In this document: positions 13,401 to 27,464 of the stretch, piece by piece
Layout of the letters: each line of letters begins with the position of its first letter
How positions within the stretch are numbered: position 1 is the first letter of the stretch
NCBI GenBank assembly: GCA_000165425.1
Contig: CT868152.1
Span: 248,001-312,000, forward strand
Direction: 5' to 3'
Origin: Paramecium tetraurelia
Taxonomy: Eukaryota
DNA: 64,000 nt
Translations under genes and position numbers: made by a program
The notes under the pieces: generated by a model
The model's input: only the letters and a program-made list of their open reading frames with translations
Databases searched by the model: none
What the model was told of the DNA's origin: nothing

Positions 13401-14683
13401 TCAATGATGATGTGATCCATGTCCTTTCTTAACATACTATAAGCCACAATATTTGCAAGTTTAAGGTGTTCCTTCAGTTCTTGTGTCTAATTTGATGTAA
13501 ACTTGGGGATGTCCTGCATTAATATGAGTGCCACCCTTAAATAATAAATTAGTGGAATACCAAGCATCTCACAACATCTTAATCTACTTCAATAACTGGA
13601 ATTTTATGAATAAATTCTTCAGCTCTGCTTTTATGAGTTTGGAGTGATTTCTTGATATAATTCATAATACTTTATGGGTTTGATCATAATCCAACCATTT
13701 GTGTTATGCTAAACTAGTGTAAGATTTCACAACCTATGAAAATTGGGCAGTCTTTGCCAATTGCATGCATCGTTGCAGCATATTATAATTAAATATTTAT
13801 ATATAAATAACTCAATTTATTGGCAAATACCAATATACTTTGTGAGTCACTTAATTTATTTATAATCACTAGATTTATTACTAATGATCTTTTAATTTTT
13901 GAGATTATCCAACTCAGCTTATAAAGCCATCAATTCTTCCTATTTTTCATGAAATTCCCTAAAAAATCTATTGAGTATAACTTACTTATTTTATTCTATA
14001 AACTTTCTCCTCCAAGTGTTTACTTCATCAACTAAATATTTCTATTTCTCCTCTAAATTAATAGTTTAGTCCTCCAATTATGCATGAAGTTCAGATATAT
14101 ATAGATTGGCATTTTCTAATTCTTTATCCTTTTCAGCTAATTGTTTATCATAGCCATCAATTATGCTTTATTTAGTCTCTGCTTTCTCTTCCAACTATTA
14201 AATTTCCTCTTACAATATTTTTATGGTATTAACCAACTATTAAATCTAACTATAAGCTTGAGATAATTCACTCTCTACATCCTCATCTTATTATTTCAAT
14301 TATTATTCTTCTTCTAGAATTTTAATCTTCCTTTATAATTCTTAAACTTTTATTCTCCAAGGTTCCTCAATTTTTTACAAATCCACAAGATTCATTTATT
14401 TTTTATGAGTAATGTTAGATTGAGATGTATGGAATCTTTAACGTGTAGGTTGATCCCAAATTGGACGACACACACTTCCATTGTTATTTATTGGAAAAAT
14501 AGTTCTATTTTATTACTATGAAAAACTAGTTTATAACTATTGTTAAAATGGTTGTTAAACATTTGGTTGAATTTAATTTTAGAATGATTGTTGAGAAACT
14601 ATCTTTATTGTTGGCTATGAAATTTATTATAATTAAGTTGAAAATCCTACTCCATATGTGGGTTAATAAATTTATTATCTCAT
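13401..14683 (-). CDS. Hypothetical Q-rich/coiled-coil protein
   Basis: Long code-6 ORF: Q-rich N-terminus, E/K/Q heptads, C-terminus ending KGHGSHH; short introns. Confidence 0.65.
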
Positions 14684-15305
14684 ATATATTAAAAATAATT
14701 AAATACTAAATATGTGAATTTTTCAAAAAATTTTTGAGGTAGAGTGCCGTGAGTTATGGCTGGTAATTTGTTGTTCACTTGAGTATTACTTTACTTTATT
14801 TGTAATACATTTTGAACAGGCTGCTCTTCTTCTTCGTCAAATTTTTATTTTTTATTTTATTTTTTTTTATTGTTTTTTTCAAAGCTTTAGGATATTTTGG
14901 TTACTGAAGTAACTCACTAGCAAGACCTCGATATACTATTAAAAATATTCCAATTAAACCTTTCTTTACAACATTCAATTTATTATGGGATTCATTAAAT
15001 AGAACCAAATTTAAATGTTTTAATTCTCTTTATACTCTAAATTACAAAACCAATATTAAATAATATACTATAATTATATATACTCTAATACGTAAGATAA
15101 CTTTTATTGATCTTATGATAATTCTAAATATACTCGAATTCTACATGAGCATTCAAAATGCTTTAAATACTTTAAATAAGAAATATATTTGATTAATTCA
15201 TTTTATATATTTATTTATATCATAATTAATCAATATTCCTTTTCTGAATATAATTCATAAAAATCAGGTGTAAAAATTAAATAATATTTATATATTTTCA
15301 AATCA

Positions 15306-15662
15306 ATGAGCTTTTAAGTATAAATAAACCAATAAATTAGACAACCGATTCAAAAAAAGAAGAATTCAGAAAGTACTTAGAAAAAGCAGGAGTCATTGAT
15401 CAATTGACAAGAGTTTTAGTAGGATTATATGAAGAACCTGAAAAACCTAATAATGCCATTGAGTAAATTTTAGAATTACATTTAGCTATGTCAAAAAGTA
15501 TTTAGGATCTCCAGTCGATATCGACGTTGACAAGTTGAAATTAGAATATGAGAAATTGAAAGATGAAAACATTAGATTAAAGAGAGAAGTTGCTGAATTA
15601 AAAAAAGAAGTAATTAAGATCAAAATATCTAGTTATAAGCAGCCTAACAAGAATAAAATTGA
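15306..15662 (+). CDS. MYCBP: c-Myc binding protein (AMY-1) homologue
   Basis: TTDSKKEEFRKYLEKAGVIDQLTRVLVGLYEEPEKPNNAIDYVKKYLG plus coiled coil; three tiny introns. Confidence 0.9.
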
Positions 15663-15785
15663 TGAATTATACAAAATATTTAATTATTTCGCTAATCAGT
15701 TTCCATATTTTATTATTTTAAATCCTTTATTATTCATATATTAAAAAACAATGAAAATTTATTTTTGATAAGTTTACTCTAATAA

Positions 15786-16217
15786 TCATTTTAAAAGAGG
15801 ACCAACAATAGGTTTGTAGTCATACAGTAACTTTATTTCTCCATCAAAAATGCCACATTATTCTAGAGTCTTTTTTGGATCCAAAACCTAAAATGAGATT
15901 AAGTTTTACATCTTCAGGACTAAATCTATCACGACAAACTGATATTCCAGAAATAGCACCTTAATGCATTTTTGAAATTTCTTCATGAATTTGTTCAACT
16001 CTTGTTGTTATAGGCACCTATCGATGAAAACTAATAATACTCTGATTTTCAAAGTGAATAGATCGGTTACAGGATGTACCAACTTTATTATCAAGTCTAC
16101 TTTCGGAGTAACAATATCTGGATTCTCATACTATGGAATATTGAAGATAGAGGGTAAATATTCCTCTTTCTTCTTTGACTTTTTCGATTTTTTTGATTTT
16201 TTCTTTTTAGGTGGCAT
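15786..16217 (-). CDS. Small hypothetical protein with K-rich N-terminus (possible ubiquitin-like fold)
   Basis: MPPKKKKSKKSKKSKKKEEYLPSIFNIPQYENPDIVTPKV...LLYDYKPIVGPLLK; one intron. Confidence 0.65.
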
Positions 16218-16643
16218 TGTTAATTAAATTATAAAATAAATATTAAGAAATTTAAAACCTGAAATACATCTCAAGAACAGTGATATGTTAAATTATGATA
16301 TTTTATATTTGTTACTTTGATAAATTTCTCTATAATATTTAAGATCTAAATAAATTCCTTCATTTTGGTATTATTTTAACTAATTTATTAAGTTCTTATA
16401 AGCATCTATTTAGGATTTTTATATACTGTATCAATATATATATAAAATATTAGAGATTTATATAACAATTTAATACTTATCTAAAAGATACAATTTAATA
16501 TTAATTATTTAAAGATGATCTTAAAGGGAAATACAAATTTTTATGTATAATCTTCAATTTTTTATAATAATAAAATGATATTGTTAATCTTTATAATAAT
16601 AGTAATGTAAAAAAGGTATAATAAAACGAAAAATATAGATGAA

Positions 16644-19272
16644 TCAAAGCATTTTCCAACTATTTTTGCCTTAAAAAGTTTATGATATATTTTATAATGA
16701 ATTAGAGGAATCTTGATCTTTTGATATTCCAGGAGAAGAGTTCCTTACCTTCTATCTTACATTAGCTGAATTATTTGGTTTATTTTTTGTTTCATCTAAA
16801 TATTAGTATAAAAACATACTTTTAATGGCAGGTGAAAAAGTCCTTGTGTTTACAGTGGATGGTTTTTAGACCAACGTAAAACTGGTGGATGAAATATTGT
16901 CTTTTGCTTTCCTAATAATTAAATTATAAAGATTACACTTATTTTTATGATTATGTTTTCTCAGTTAGTTCTTATAAAACTCGTATTGGTTAATTTTTAA
17001 CAAACTAAGCTTGACTTTTTGTTAAATTTTAAGGAGATATGAGCTTTTTAAATTGATTTAAATCTGAAACTACCCCTTTAGTTGACTATTTCTAATCAGC
17101 TTCAATTGCAGAATTGCTATTGTTATTAAAACTACTATTATTTTGAACTTGGTTTGCACTTTAGTTCAAATATTTATCCTAAAAGGAATTATTTGGTTTC
17201 TATTAATTTCTTAATGTTGATGCAGCCTATCTTCTACATTAAACATTTCTTAAATAAATTTGAGAGCTTGATTGTGGTAAAGGGGGACCTTACTAAGTTA
17301 CTTTTTTGACTGCATCCTTTTAAAATGGAGATAAGCTATCCTTTTTTGTTTAATTTATTGCTCTGAACCCATCTTTAACTTCAGCACTATTTGGTCTATT
17401 TTTGAAATCTGCATTACCTTAATTTTTAGTTAAGGAAGTGCTTCTTTCTTAAACTTTTACTAAATTCAATCCAGAAGGATTGGCAACAACAGATACATCA
17501 TTAATTTAAGCATTTTATTTTTAAATGCATGATTAGGATTATGATGATTTTATCTAATTCTTTTATTACAATTATTAAAACTTCTGATAACTAGATTGCA
17601 ATTAAGATATTGATTAAGTGAGTGTTTTTTATATTTCAGAATGTTTTGTAGAATTCATTTACTAAATCATTGTAGGACTAATTAATTATTCTAATTTACT
17701 CTTTTATTGGGCATTATTTTATTATAAGAATAACTGTTATTAAGTTGTATTTGATTATGCTGTTAATTGAGTAGTTTATGATTATAATGACTATTTGTCC
17801 ATATTTGAGATTGTCTCTTATTATTTATTAAAATAATTAAGTGATTGTTAAACTTAATTTTTGAACTCTTAAAAATTCGTTAAAATAGAAGGTTAATTGT
17901 CCTTTTATTTAACTGAGCTTGGTCGATTGTTAGTATTGTTTTCTGCTTAATTTTTTTTGTCTTCATTCTATTACAAAGAATTGCTTCTGATTCCAGTTGC
18001 AGGATTAGCCTATGCTTGAAATTACAGCAAATTAGTTGCAATTTAAGAAATTGCTTAGGTGTTTTGATTTTCAATTTAAGGTTTAACTAAATTATTAATT
18101 AAAGGGTTTTTCTTAGCATTTTGTTCTTATTATTATTGAGGAGTTCTCGTTTTCATTGCACAATGCATCAATAGATTTTAAAATGAAGGATTATTTGTAA
18201 GATTTGCAGATGTAATGTTAGAATTCAATTACAAATCACTTTAATCTTATTATTAAGATTTACTACTAGCGGATCTTACTTAAGGTGCAGTATTTGAACT
18301 CTTTGGAAAATTGGACTAAATTTATGGTTATTTGGGTGGTTATACTAGAGATTAGTTCTTTTATGCTCCCTAATTAAAGTTTAACATTTACTTTTAGAAT
18401 TGATGGTGTGGTTGGATCGATTTTTAAATTGATTTCAGAAACAGGTACAAAATCAGGAGAGCCAGAGTATACAATGGTTGCTAATGATATATTTTCTTTA
18501 TTGATTTGATCTTTCCATTTTATTTTCTGATTAGTAGCTTTTCCTAAGACTCCCTTGAAAATACAAAATGAGTTTATACTTGTTTTGCTTAGAGATTTGT
18601 ATATATTTCATCCACAGGTCCATTGTGTGAATTTAGGAATGTATTTCTAATGATTAATTCATCCTGCACTTGGGAAGGGTTCTATTCATCAGTAGTTAAC
18701 TCATTCCAAGAGGCTGTTCTTTTTGGTCCTTATTTGGTCATCCTATTTTCTAATGCATTCAGCTGATAAAAGAATGATGCTCTGATTTCAAGATCTGGCC
18801 TCCTTGAATTCAAATATTCAAGAGTTTTATACAGTGTCCATGAATACCTATTAAATTTAAATATTTAACGAACTTTTTCATAAAATATGCAGCAAGTACA
18901 CAACAAGCTCTACTCTGTCCTCTAACTGAATGGACCAAGCAACTCTCTCCCTATTGAAAACATTCTTCTATGAATGTAAATATTTTATTAACATTTTCAC
19001 TTCTTTCATCAAATAAAACCTAGATATATCATTTTTAATGAATACCTCATTATCTTACTCCAACCAATTAAATGTTAAATACTTTGCACCCATCAATGTC
19101 CATTTATTTTATACTTCCGTTCCAGCACAATTTATTATATGAGTGACTTTATTTGTCATAATGAATTCACGATCCTTTATTGAATCAAATACCAAACCTA
19201 AGATGCATATTCATCTCCAATAAACAACCCATCCTTTATTTTTATAGCTCCTACTATTTGGTTCTATGCCAT
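16644..19272 (-). CDS. Dual-specificity phosphatase-like protein, catalytic Cys replaced by Ser, long low-complexity C-terminus
   Basis: IKDGLFIGD...VTHIINC...ESCLVHSVRGQSRACCVLAAYFM...LNSRRPDL. Confidence 0.82.
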
Positions 19273-19778
19273 ATTAAAAAATTTAAATTATTATTATTAA
19301 ACTTAACTCTTCTCAAGAGATCAATAAAATTTATTTTTACATTCCTTTTTTTAAATCAATTTTCAAAAGAAATCATTGATTTTAAATAAAATAGGATAAT
19401 TCTCCAATCCATCACAACTACAATTCTTTTGGTCTATTATCAAATAAGTTGGATCACAAAAACATTTATACAAAGACTAGCTTAATTTTAATTAAATAAA
19501 AGTGTTGTAAAATTTATCATAGGTAAAATATCTAAATAACATAAAATGAAATATTCTGAATGACTGGTCAAATATATTATTTTTTAAAGTAAGAATCTGT
19601 TTAGATAAATCAATTTAAGTATTCATTTCTAATTTAAATTTAGTCGACAAGTAGAAAGCCTTATCCCACAATATCATATAATAAAGAAAAGTGTTCTTAA
19701 TTAAATTATGTATATCATAAGAAAAAGGATAATTGTATTATATATATATTGATTCAATAAAAATTAATTAAAATCAGA

Positions 19779-22700
19779 ATGATTGTAAAATTTCACAAAA
19801 AAACTGAGAGGATTAAAGGGTTGTCTTTTCATCCAAAGTAACCATGGCTTTTGGTTGGTCTTCATTCAGGGGAAATTCAAATGATTGATTACAGATTTGG
19901 AAGAGTATTTATAGATTACTATAAATTAGACAATAAATGAATTCTACGAACATGAAGGCCCTGTTAGATCAGTTTAATTCCATTAATCTTTGTGTTTATT
20001 CATTTCAGGATCAGATGATTTTACTGTAAGAGTGTGGAATTATAAAACAAAAAAATGTCAATTTGTATTGCGTGGTCACTTGGATTTTGTTAGATGCGTT
20101 AATTTTCACCCAGAATTGCCATGGTGTGTTTCAGGATCTGATGATCAAACATCTAGAATTTGGAATTATTAATCTAGGTAGATGATAGCTACTGTTACAG
20201 GACATAGTCATTATGTAATGCATTGTGAGTTTCATCCATCTAAAGATTTTATGATTACATGTTCATTGGATTAGACAATAAGATTGTGGTCAATAGCTCA
20301 ACTTAAAAAGAAATTTACATCAAAAAGTGTAATCAATTACTTATAATTAGATCTAATTGGGGGAATAGGCTAGCGAATTAGAATTGGTTTAGATTTTGGA
20401 AGGACACAGTTAGGGTGTGAATTGGTGTTCATTCAATCCAAAAGACAATACTATATTATCTTCTTCAGATGATAAGAAGATCAAAGTTTGGAAATACTTT
20501 GATACTAGAGGATATGAAGTCGATTAATATTGTGGACATACAGTAATGAATAGATTATATGGTAGAACAATGTCAGTTGTGCTATGTTTCATCCCTTTGG
20601 AGAGTACTTCATCTCTAATTCAGAGGACAAAACTCTAAGATTGTGGGATATGAAAAAGAAGGTTGAAGTAGATTGCTTTACCAATCATGAATTAGATAGA
20701 TTTTGGATATGTGCTGTTCATTAGAGTAACAATTATTTTGCAGGTGGTAGTGATTCTGCCTTATATATATTCACATTATTTAAAAATAGGCCTGCCATTG
20801 ATTTAGTAAATAATAACTTTGTATATTTTGGGAATCGAAAAGTGATTAAGATTTTGGATTTATAAAATGGATCAGAAAAGACTATTAAAAATCTGTAAGA
20901 GTTATCATGCGTCTCTGATAATTTGCTTTAAGACAATGCTGAATAAGTTCTACATAATATTTATGAAAATCAGAAATCTCAAATCTTAGTGAGGTTAAGA
21001 AATCATATTCATAATAAATCTAAAGGAGTTTCAAAATATCTTGTATTTGAATAACAAACTAATTTGTCCTAATTCTTCTTAGCCAAATCTGCTATTTTTA
21101 TAGGCAAATCTAAAATATTGAGATCGAAAGAGAATTCTGAAATCGAAATTTATAATTTTGAAACAGACTCTCACATTCTATTAGGACATAAAACTGATCG
21201 TCTATTCACTTTTACTGGTGGAAAAGCCATTTATTATTCGGAGTCTATGATAAATGTGCTAGATCCAATTGCTAATAAAATAATAAATCAGATTGCTTGT
21301 ACTAATGAATTTCAGAATATCAGATAAGTCAAAGTGAATGATTATTGTATTTTAATTCAAACTAAAAATGGAATATACATATTTACAAAAGAGTTTCAAA
21401 CTATTACACATATTTCGGAAAAAATCAATATTAAATCAGTGTTGTTTTTAAGTGATTAAATAAATATTATACTTTATTCAACAAAAATGCATTTAAAGTA
21501 TCTTTTATTAAATGGAGATACTGGAATTATTTGCAGCATGGAGACAGTGCCATATTTAGTTTCATTTTAGAACATCTCAGAAAAACCTGGATTTTAGTAT
21601 AAATTATTTTATATGGATAATATGGACAAATTACTAAACATCACTGTTGAATGTTCTGAAATATTCTTCAAATATGCCTTAATTGAAAAAAATCTCTAAT
21701 TTGTTTAGAATTTTATAAAAAATCACCAAAAACTAGGAGATCTAATAATAGCCTATTTATTCTAAAAAGGATATTCAATACTTGCCCATTAATTAGTAAC
21801 TGATAAAAGAGCCAAGTTTCAATTGGCTCTTTCTTCAAATAATTTAGAAATAGCCTATAGAACGTGTGAAGACCTTAAAAATCCAAAATGCTATTAGATG
21901 TTACTAGAAGAAGCCATGAGATAGGGAAACCATAATATTTATGAAGTTTGTTAATAGAAGTTAAGAGCATCCTAAGAATTGGCATTTCTCTACATAATTA
22001 CAGGCTAATTAGAAAAAATTAATATCATAAGCAATATTGCACAGGAACAAAATAACTTAGATCTAAGATTCTAAACCTTATTAACTATGGATAGTTTGAA
22101 ACAAAGAATTTCATTCTTAAAAGGTTGTAGTCTGGAAAAATTAGCAAATCTTAGTTAAATGGCTCATGGATTAGAATTTGAAGCTAATAAGAATTGTGCT
22201 GAGGATATTGAATGGATATAATCATTAAAACCTGAAGCAATAATCACTCCATAGCCTATAATAAAATCAAGCTAACATCCATTATTCTCAATGAATTGGC
22301 CTCACAATTTTGTAGATGAAGATGAAGTATTCAAATTATCAGGGGATGATTCCAAAGTTGCAAATCAAAGTAAAGCAGAGATTACTAATACAATAACTGC
22401 TCATCATTAGAATCCATTTGATAAAAATACACAAGCAAAACAAAAAATAAATTAAAATATAGATAAAACAGAAGAGAATGATGAATAATTCCAAGATTGT
22501 TAATGGGATTTAGATGAAGTAGAGCTATTAGAAAATAATGAACAAAGTCAGGCTACTTTGGATTAGAAAGCTATATTATATGGATATCCAGATTATAAAA
22601 AAGGTATGAGATTGAATTTTAATTTAAGCATTACAGCCAGTGGAATATTTAATTACAGAGTAGTATCAACAAAGTCTTTAAGTTCTTCAATAAAATTATA

Positions 22701-23477
22701 ATTTTGTGAGCCTAACACCTTGCTAAGATTATTTAAAGTAGTTAGCTTTGAGGTCTGTCGTAGAAATACCTTAAATACCGTTTTTATTGCCTTCTCCTTT
22801 AATTGTTTCATCATCGCAAGATAAGATCTATGTGAATAAATCCTTTAATGAATTACTCAAAGTAGGATATAAACACACAAGTGATGGAAAATTCTAAGAT
22901 GCTTTAAATACATTCAAATCCATTTTAAAATAAGCCATATTCTAGAGTCTAAATAATGATGTGGTTCCTATTTGTTTAAACTACATAATGGCTATGAAAT
23001 GTGAACTTGCAAAGAAAGATAAAGAAATTTCAAGACAAATAGAATTATCATGTTATATGGCAATGTGTGATTTGCAGCCCGTTCATCGCTCATTAACTCT
23101 GAGAGCTGCAATGAGTTTGTCATATAAAAATAAGAATTACTTAACTGGATCTCAAGTGGCATAACAATTAATAAAATTACTAGAATAAGCACCTAAAGGG
23201 GCTGCATATTCTAAACCAGAAGTGTTAGAAAATGTCAAAAAAGTAATACATTCTTAAATTTGTTTAGATATATAATAATTGCCAATAGAATCCTAAGAAT
23301 GAATATAATATCAACTTTGAACCATTTTATTTAAAAGAAGGAGTAAAGAATTTATGTGCTGATACACTCACTTATAACGATGATGTATAATAAATATACT
23401 TTTGTTCATTCGATAAGAGTAGACATTCATCAAAAGGAATCTTATGCCAAGTGTGTGAGTTGTGTAAAATCAATTGA
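19779..23477 (+). CDS. COPA: Coatomer subunit alpha (alpha-COP)
   Basis: RIKGLSFHPKQPW, SGSDDFTVRVWNY, GHLDFVRCVNFHPELPW, GHSHYVM; C-terminal ELSCYMAMCDLQPVHRSLTLRAAM and terminal CQVCEL. Confidence 0.93.
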
Positions 23478-23520
23478 GTTTGTTAAATAATTAAAATTTT
23501 AAATCGGTTATAATTTAATA

Positions 23521-24677
23521 ATGAATTCAAATGAGACACTCGTAGAATAAGAGAAATAGATTCTTGAAAATACAGAAAACATAGACACCACCAATACTGA
23601 ACAATTACTTGATTTCACAACTATGTTTAAGAATCAATAAGCTACTAAACCTAAATTGCTAAATAGATAATAATAATAATAAACCTAATCTACAGATGAG
23701 TTAACTCATAAATAACTTCAAAATACTGTTCCAAGAAATCTCACTATTACTTAAGAACTAATGAGTTAAAGAAGATGTTTAGATGTTCGTAGATGGTATA
23801 GTTTGAGTAGACCATAATACAAGAAAAGTTGCGGTATTTCATCTGTTGTTACTTGCTGGAATTACCTATTTTCTACTTTAGGAGTAGGAACCTTAAATCC
23901 ACTTTCTTAAGAGGAAGTAATTGTCTCTTTGGGGTAATAATAATATATAACTATTTTAGTCTGAGTCCTGAAGTAGGACCACACTTTAATGAAGTAGAAT
24001 TCGGGAGCTTTAGTGGAAATATGTCTTTAATATCTTGGTTTAAGAATTTATGTAGATTATAAAAAGTATAAGGAAGAGCTTATTTTCTATGGAAAAATGA
24101 AGGAGATTTTTCGACTCCAGGAGTTGATAGAGATGTAGCTCTCTCGAAATTAACCTCTGGATTAAAGTCTGATAAAATCTCCTACATTTATCATGCTTAT
24201 AATCATTATTTCTGTCCTATTGGATTTGAATGCACACCTAATAAATAAGTAGAAGCCTTTGCTGATGAAATAGATTAAAATGATTGCCAGTATTGGATTA
24301 TTATAGCAGAACCTGCTAAACCTTACCCAATGTTCACAGTCAGAAAGTGGGTAGATATTGCTTAAGATTTGGAATTAAAATACCCTCAATACATGAAAAT
24401 TAGAAAAATGAATGAAGGAATAAAAAGATATAAAAATGAAAAAGGAGTTAGTTAACATTGTATTATGGCATTTGAAAGAATTGATCCTAAACCAAAAAAA
24501 ATGATAGAGAAAAAAGAGAAACCTATTACAAATGAAGCATTATAAACAATAAAAAAGAATAATTTGGTTGATTAACAAGTAGAGTAAATATCTGCCAATA
24601 ATACTATTCCCTAAAGTCTTGTTAGCGATGATAATTTGAAATAAAATGAATAATAATGAAGAACAGTAAATCTTTGA
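23521..24677 (+). CDS. BIVM: BIVM-like (basic immunoglobulin-like variable motif) protein
   Basis: [35 protein letters not shown]...GNMSLISWF...[14 protein letters not shown]...HCIMAF. Confidence 0.8.
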
Positions 24678-24989
24678 TAATTAATATTTTATATGATATC
24701 TTATATATAATAACTTTTACTTAACTCATTTTTAACTAACAGTATATTAATCTTAGTTGTGTAGATGATAGAACATTTTGTTATTTAAAATATTCAATTC
24801 TCTAAAAATATATTCAAATGTTTAAGAAATTTGTATTTTGATTATTTCTATATTATTAATTTAAAGATTATATATTGTTGATATATCTATACATATATTT
24901 GATTTAAAATTGAATTAGATCAATCAAATACAATAAATAGTTTATGCATTTAAACATTATTGTAATCAATTTTATTATAAATATTTTTA

Positions 24990-25253
24990 ATGTAAAAAAA
25001 CGTTGCTAAAATAGTGTCTTTAAATTTCAAAAATAGTATAATGGGTGGTTTTGTTAACTCAAAAATTTAAAAGGTAAAAGGAGAAGAGCATTTTTTTTCA
25101 GAGTATGATAAAACATTTTTGATGTCGGATTTTATTTAAACATGTATTAAATAGGAACAGCTCATTATTCCAGTTGATTTTTCGAAGAATAGTAGATTTG
25201 ATGAGTTTGCTGAAGATCACTTTGATTTTGGAAGCATTAAAAATGAACAATGA
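24990..25253 (+). CDS. Small hypothetical protein (about 78 aa)
   Basis: ATG 24990, 29-nt GT..AG intron, then KRRRAFFSEYDKTFLMSDFIQTCIKQEQLIIPVDFSKNSRFDEFAEDHFDFGSIKNEQ-TGA. Confidence 0.5.
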
Positions 25254-25321
25254 GTTAGAAGAAGACTTGACACATTTATATAAATTTTCAATATTTTTTA
25301 TTATATGTTGATAATACTGTA

Positions 25322-26202
25322 TCATTAACTTGTCTTCTTAAGTTCTTCAATTTCAAAAGCCTTCTTTATTGCCTCTTATTGATGTCTTGACTTGATTCCC
25401 ACTTATCCACCACCAATAGTTCTCAACAATTCATGGTTTTCGTTGTAGTGTTATCTTAAATCACGAGCCTTTAATTAATTTTATTTTATACTAAGTTATC
25501 AAATTCAGCTTGATCTTCTTTTCTTACGTCTGTCAAAGCGACACAAGTAGCTGTTTTTTAGTGAACCAAAGCTCCTAATCTAGCCTTGTCTAAACATATA
25601 GATTGATTGAATTACTTTTGACAAAGGCGAATGGGACTTCTTGACGTCTGCACAATTGTGGGAGCCATACGACTAATTCAATTGGATCAACGTCGTAAGC
25701 AATCAAAACTAATTTAGCTTTCTTAGTTTCAACCAATGTAGTAACGTGATTCAATCCGAATTTGAGGACTGTCACTTTCTTACTATCTGTCTTTTAATTT
25801 TAGGCCTTTGATTCAGCAGCCTTGACTAATCTTTGTTTCTTTTCTGTTTTGGTTTCAGGGGCATATTTCTTTAATAAAGAATAGACCTTTGAGCCTTAAA
25901 TTAAAATTTACGATATACTTTGATTCTTGTCAAGTGTTTTGCTGAATTAATGAATAGCTGCTGGCACCTTGATTCTTTGCAATAAAATCTTTTTTTGTCT
26001 GTGCAAAAGAATGTAACGAGGCCATCTGACATATCTTGATAAATCTCTCTTTGGTTGGACATCATTTCCAATTCTGAAGTTTTTAGCATCCTTAACAAAG
26101 AGTGGATTCTTCTTTCTGTCTGCTACTTTCTTTTAAACCTTCTTAGCTTTAGATGTCTTTGGAGCTTTTGGCTAAAGGAATAATCACAATCAAATTTACC
26201 AT
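25322..26202 (-). CDS. RPL7A: 60S ribosomal protein L7a (eL8)
   Basis: [57 protein letters not shown]; intron directly after the ATG. Confidence 0.96.
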
Positions 26203-26711
26203 AGTTAATGAAAATCTTTTAATATATTTTTTGAAAATAAAAGAAAAAAATAGGTATTAATCATCACCCAAAATAATTTATTCAAATTCAGATATATCAC
26301 TGAAAATATCTATCCAAACCATATAAATTATGATTAGATGAGGAATAAAACTGTAGTATCTATGGAATAATGATGGATTTCTCTTTTTTGAAATGAAAAT
26401 AATTGATGAATAGATATATAAAAATTAGATATTAATTACTCTTTTTTAAAATTTTGATTATAATTTTCAAGTTCTATGTAATCAACTATCATATATGAGA
26501 ATTTATACATAGTTTATGTAATGGTTCATTTGTAATCTATTTACATAAATTCATTTTTGTTGGAATATCAATATAATTTTTATATGACATTTTTCAATTG
26601 ACTTCGATAGTATATATTTATTTGTTGAACTACTTTGTAGAAATTAGAATTGATACAAATTAAGAGCATCATAAATAACAAACATTATTATTAAATAAAT
26701 TACTAACACAG

Positions 26712-27443
26712 TCATAATGTTTATAAGAATAAAAATACATTCTCTTCAACATTCTCGGTTAAGTGAGACTATAAGAATAATTTTTTTTTAAGGCTCAAAT
26801 ATTTTGGATCGTAATTACCTTATTTTCCAGTTTATTTACATAAAGTTGAAATTAATTTTCTTATTTCCAAATCTGTTTAATGTACAATGTTTTCTTAGTT
26901 TTGTTTAATTTAATTCTCTTTTTCATTTACAATTTAATCTTCATTCAAATATTCATTTTAATGTCTGATGTCCATATCAATAACTTATTAATTCAATAGT
27001 TCAAATGTATTATATTTACTGTCAATGATTATTGTATTTTTTAAACTTTTGGATTCAAATTTATTAAAAAGGAGTTCTACAATTTCATCATTTAATTTCT
27101 TTTTGACATCTCTGGTTGAATTTCTGTTTAAAAGATCTTGTAAATTTAAATTAATTAAAATTTCAATGTAACTCGCCTTAAATTTTTGACATATGTGTAA
27201 GATTTGTTTCCTCTAACTCATTAATAGAAAATCATCATCAATTATTATTGTTTAAAATTTCTTTTCCTATAAATATTCTTCTAATATTTATCTGACTTAG
27301 AATCGAGATTTCTTCCAATCATCTGGATTAAATTAATGTTCTTATTATAAAGAATCAGCCTCTATTATAATGTCAGCATTGAGCAATTTAGATAAGGTAG
27401 TCTTACCTGATCCTGGACAACCAAAGATTATTATTACTTTCAT
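26712..27443 (-). CDS. P-loop kinase, PSTK (seryl-tRNA(Sec) kinase)/KTI12-like
   Basis: MKVIIIFGCPGSGKTT (Walker A), IIIDDDFLLMSQR (Walker B-like), LNRNSTR (RxxxR lid). Confidence 0.65.
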
Positions 27444-27464
27444 TAAATAATATTAATTAAATAC

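Noticed and set aside
14700..15150. Possible small minus-strand gene upstream of the Q-rich gene
   Set aside because: Start and stop are ambiguous and no motif supports it.
25098..25325. Minus-strand 75-aa ORF overlapping the RPL7A stop
   Set aside because: The plus-strand spliced model (24990-25253) explains the region better.
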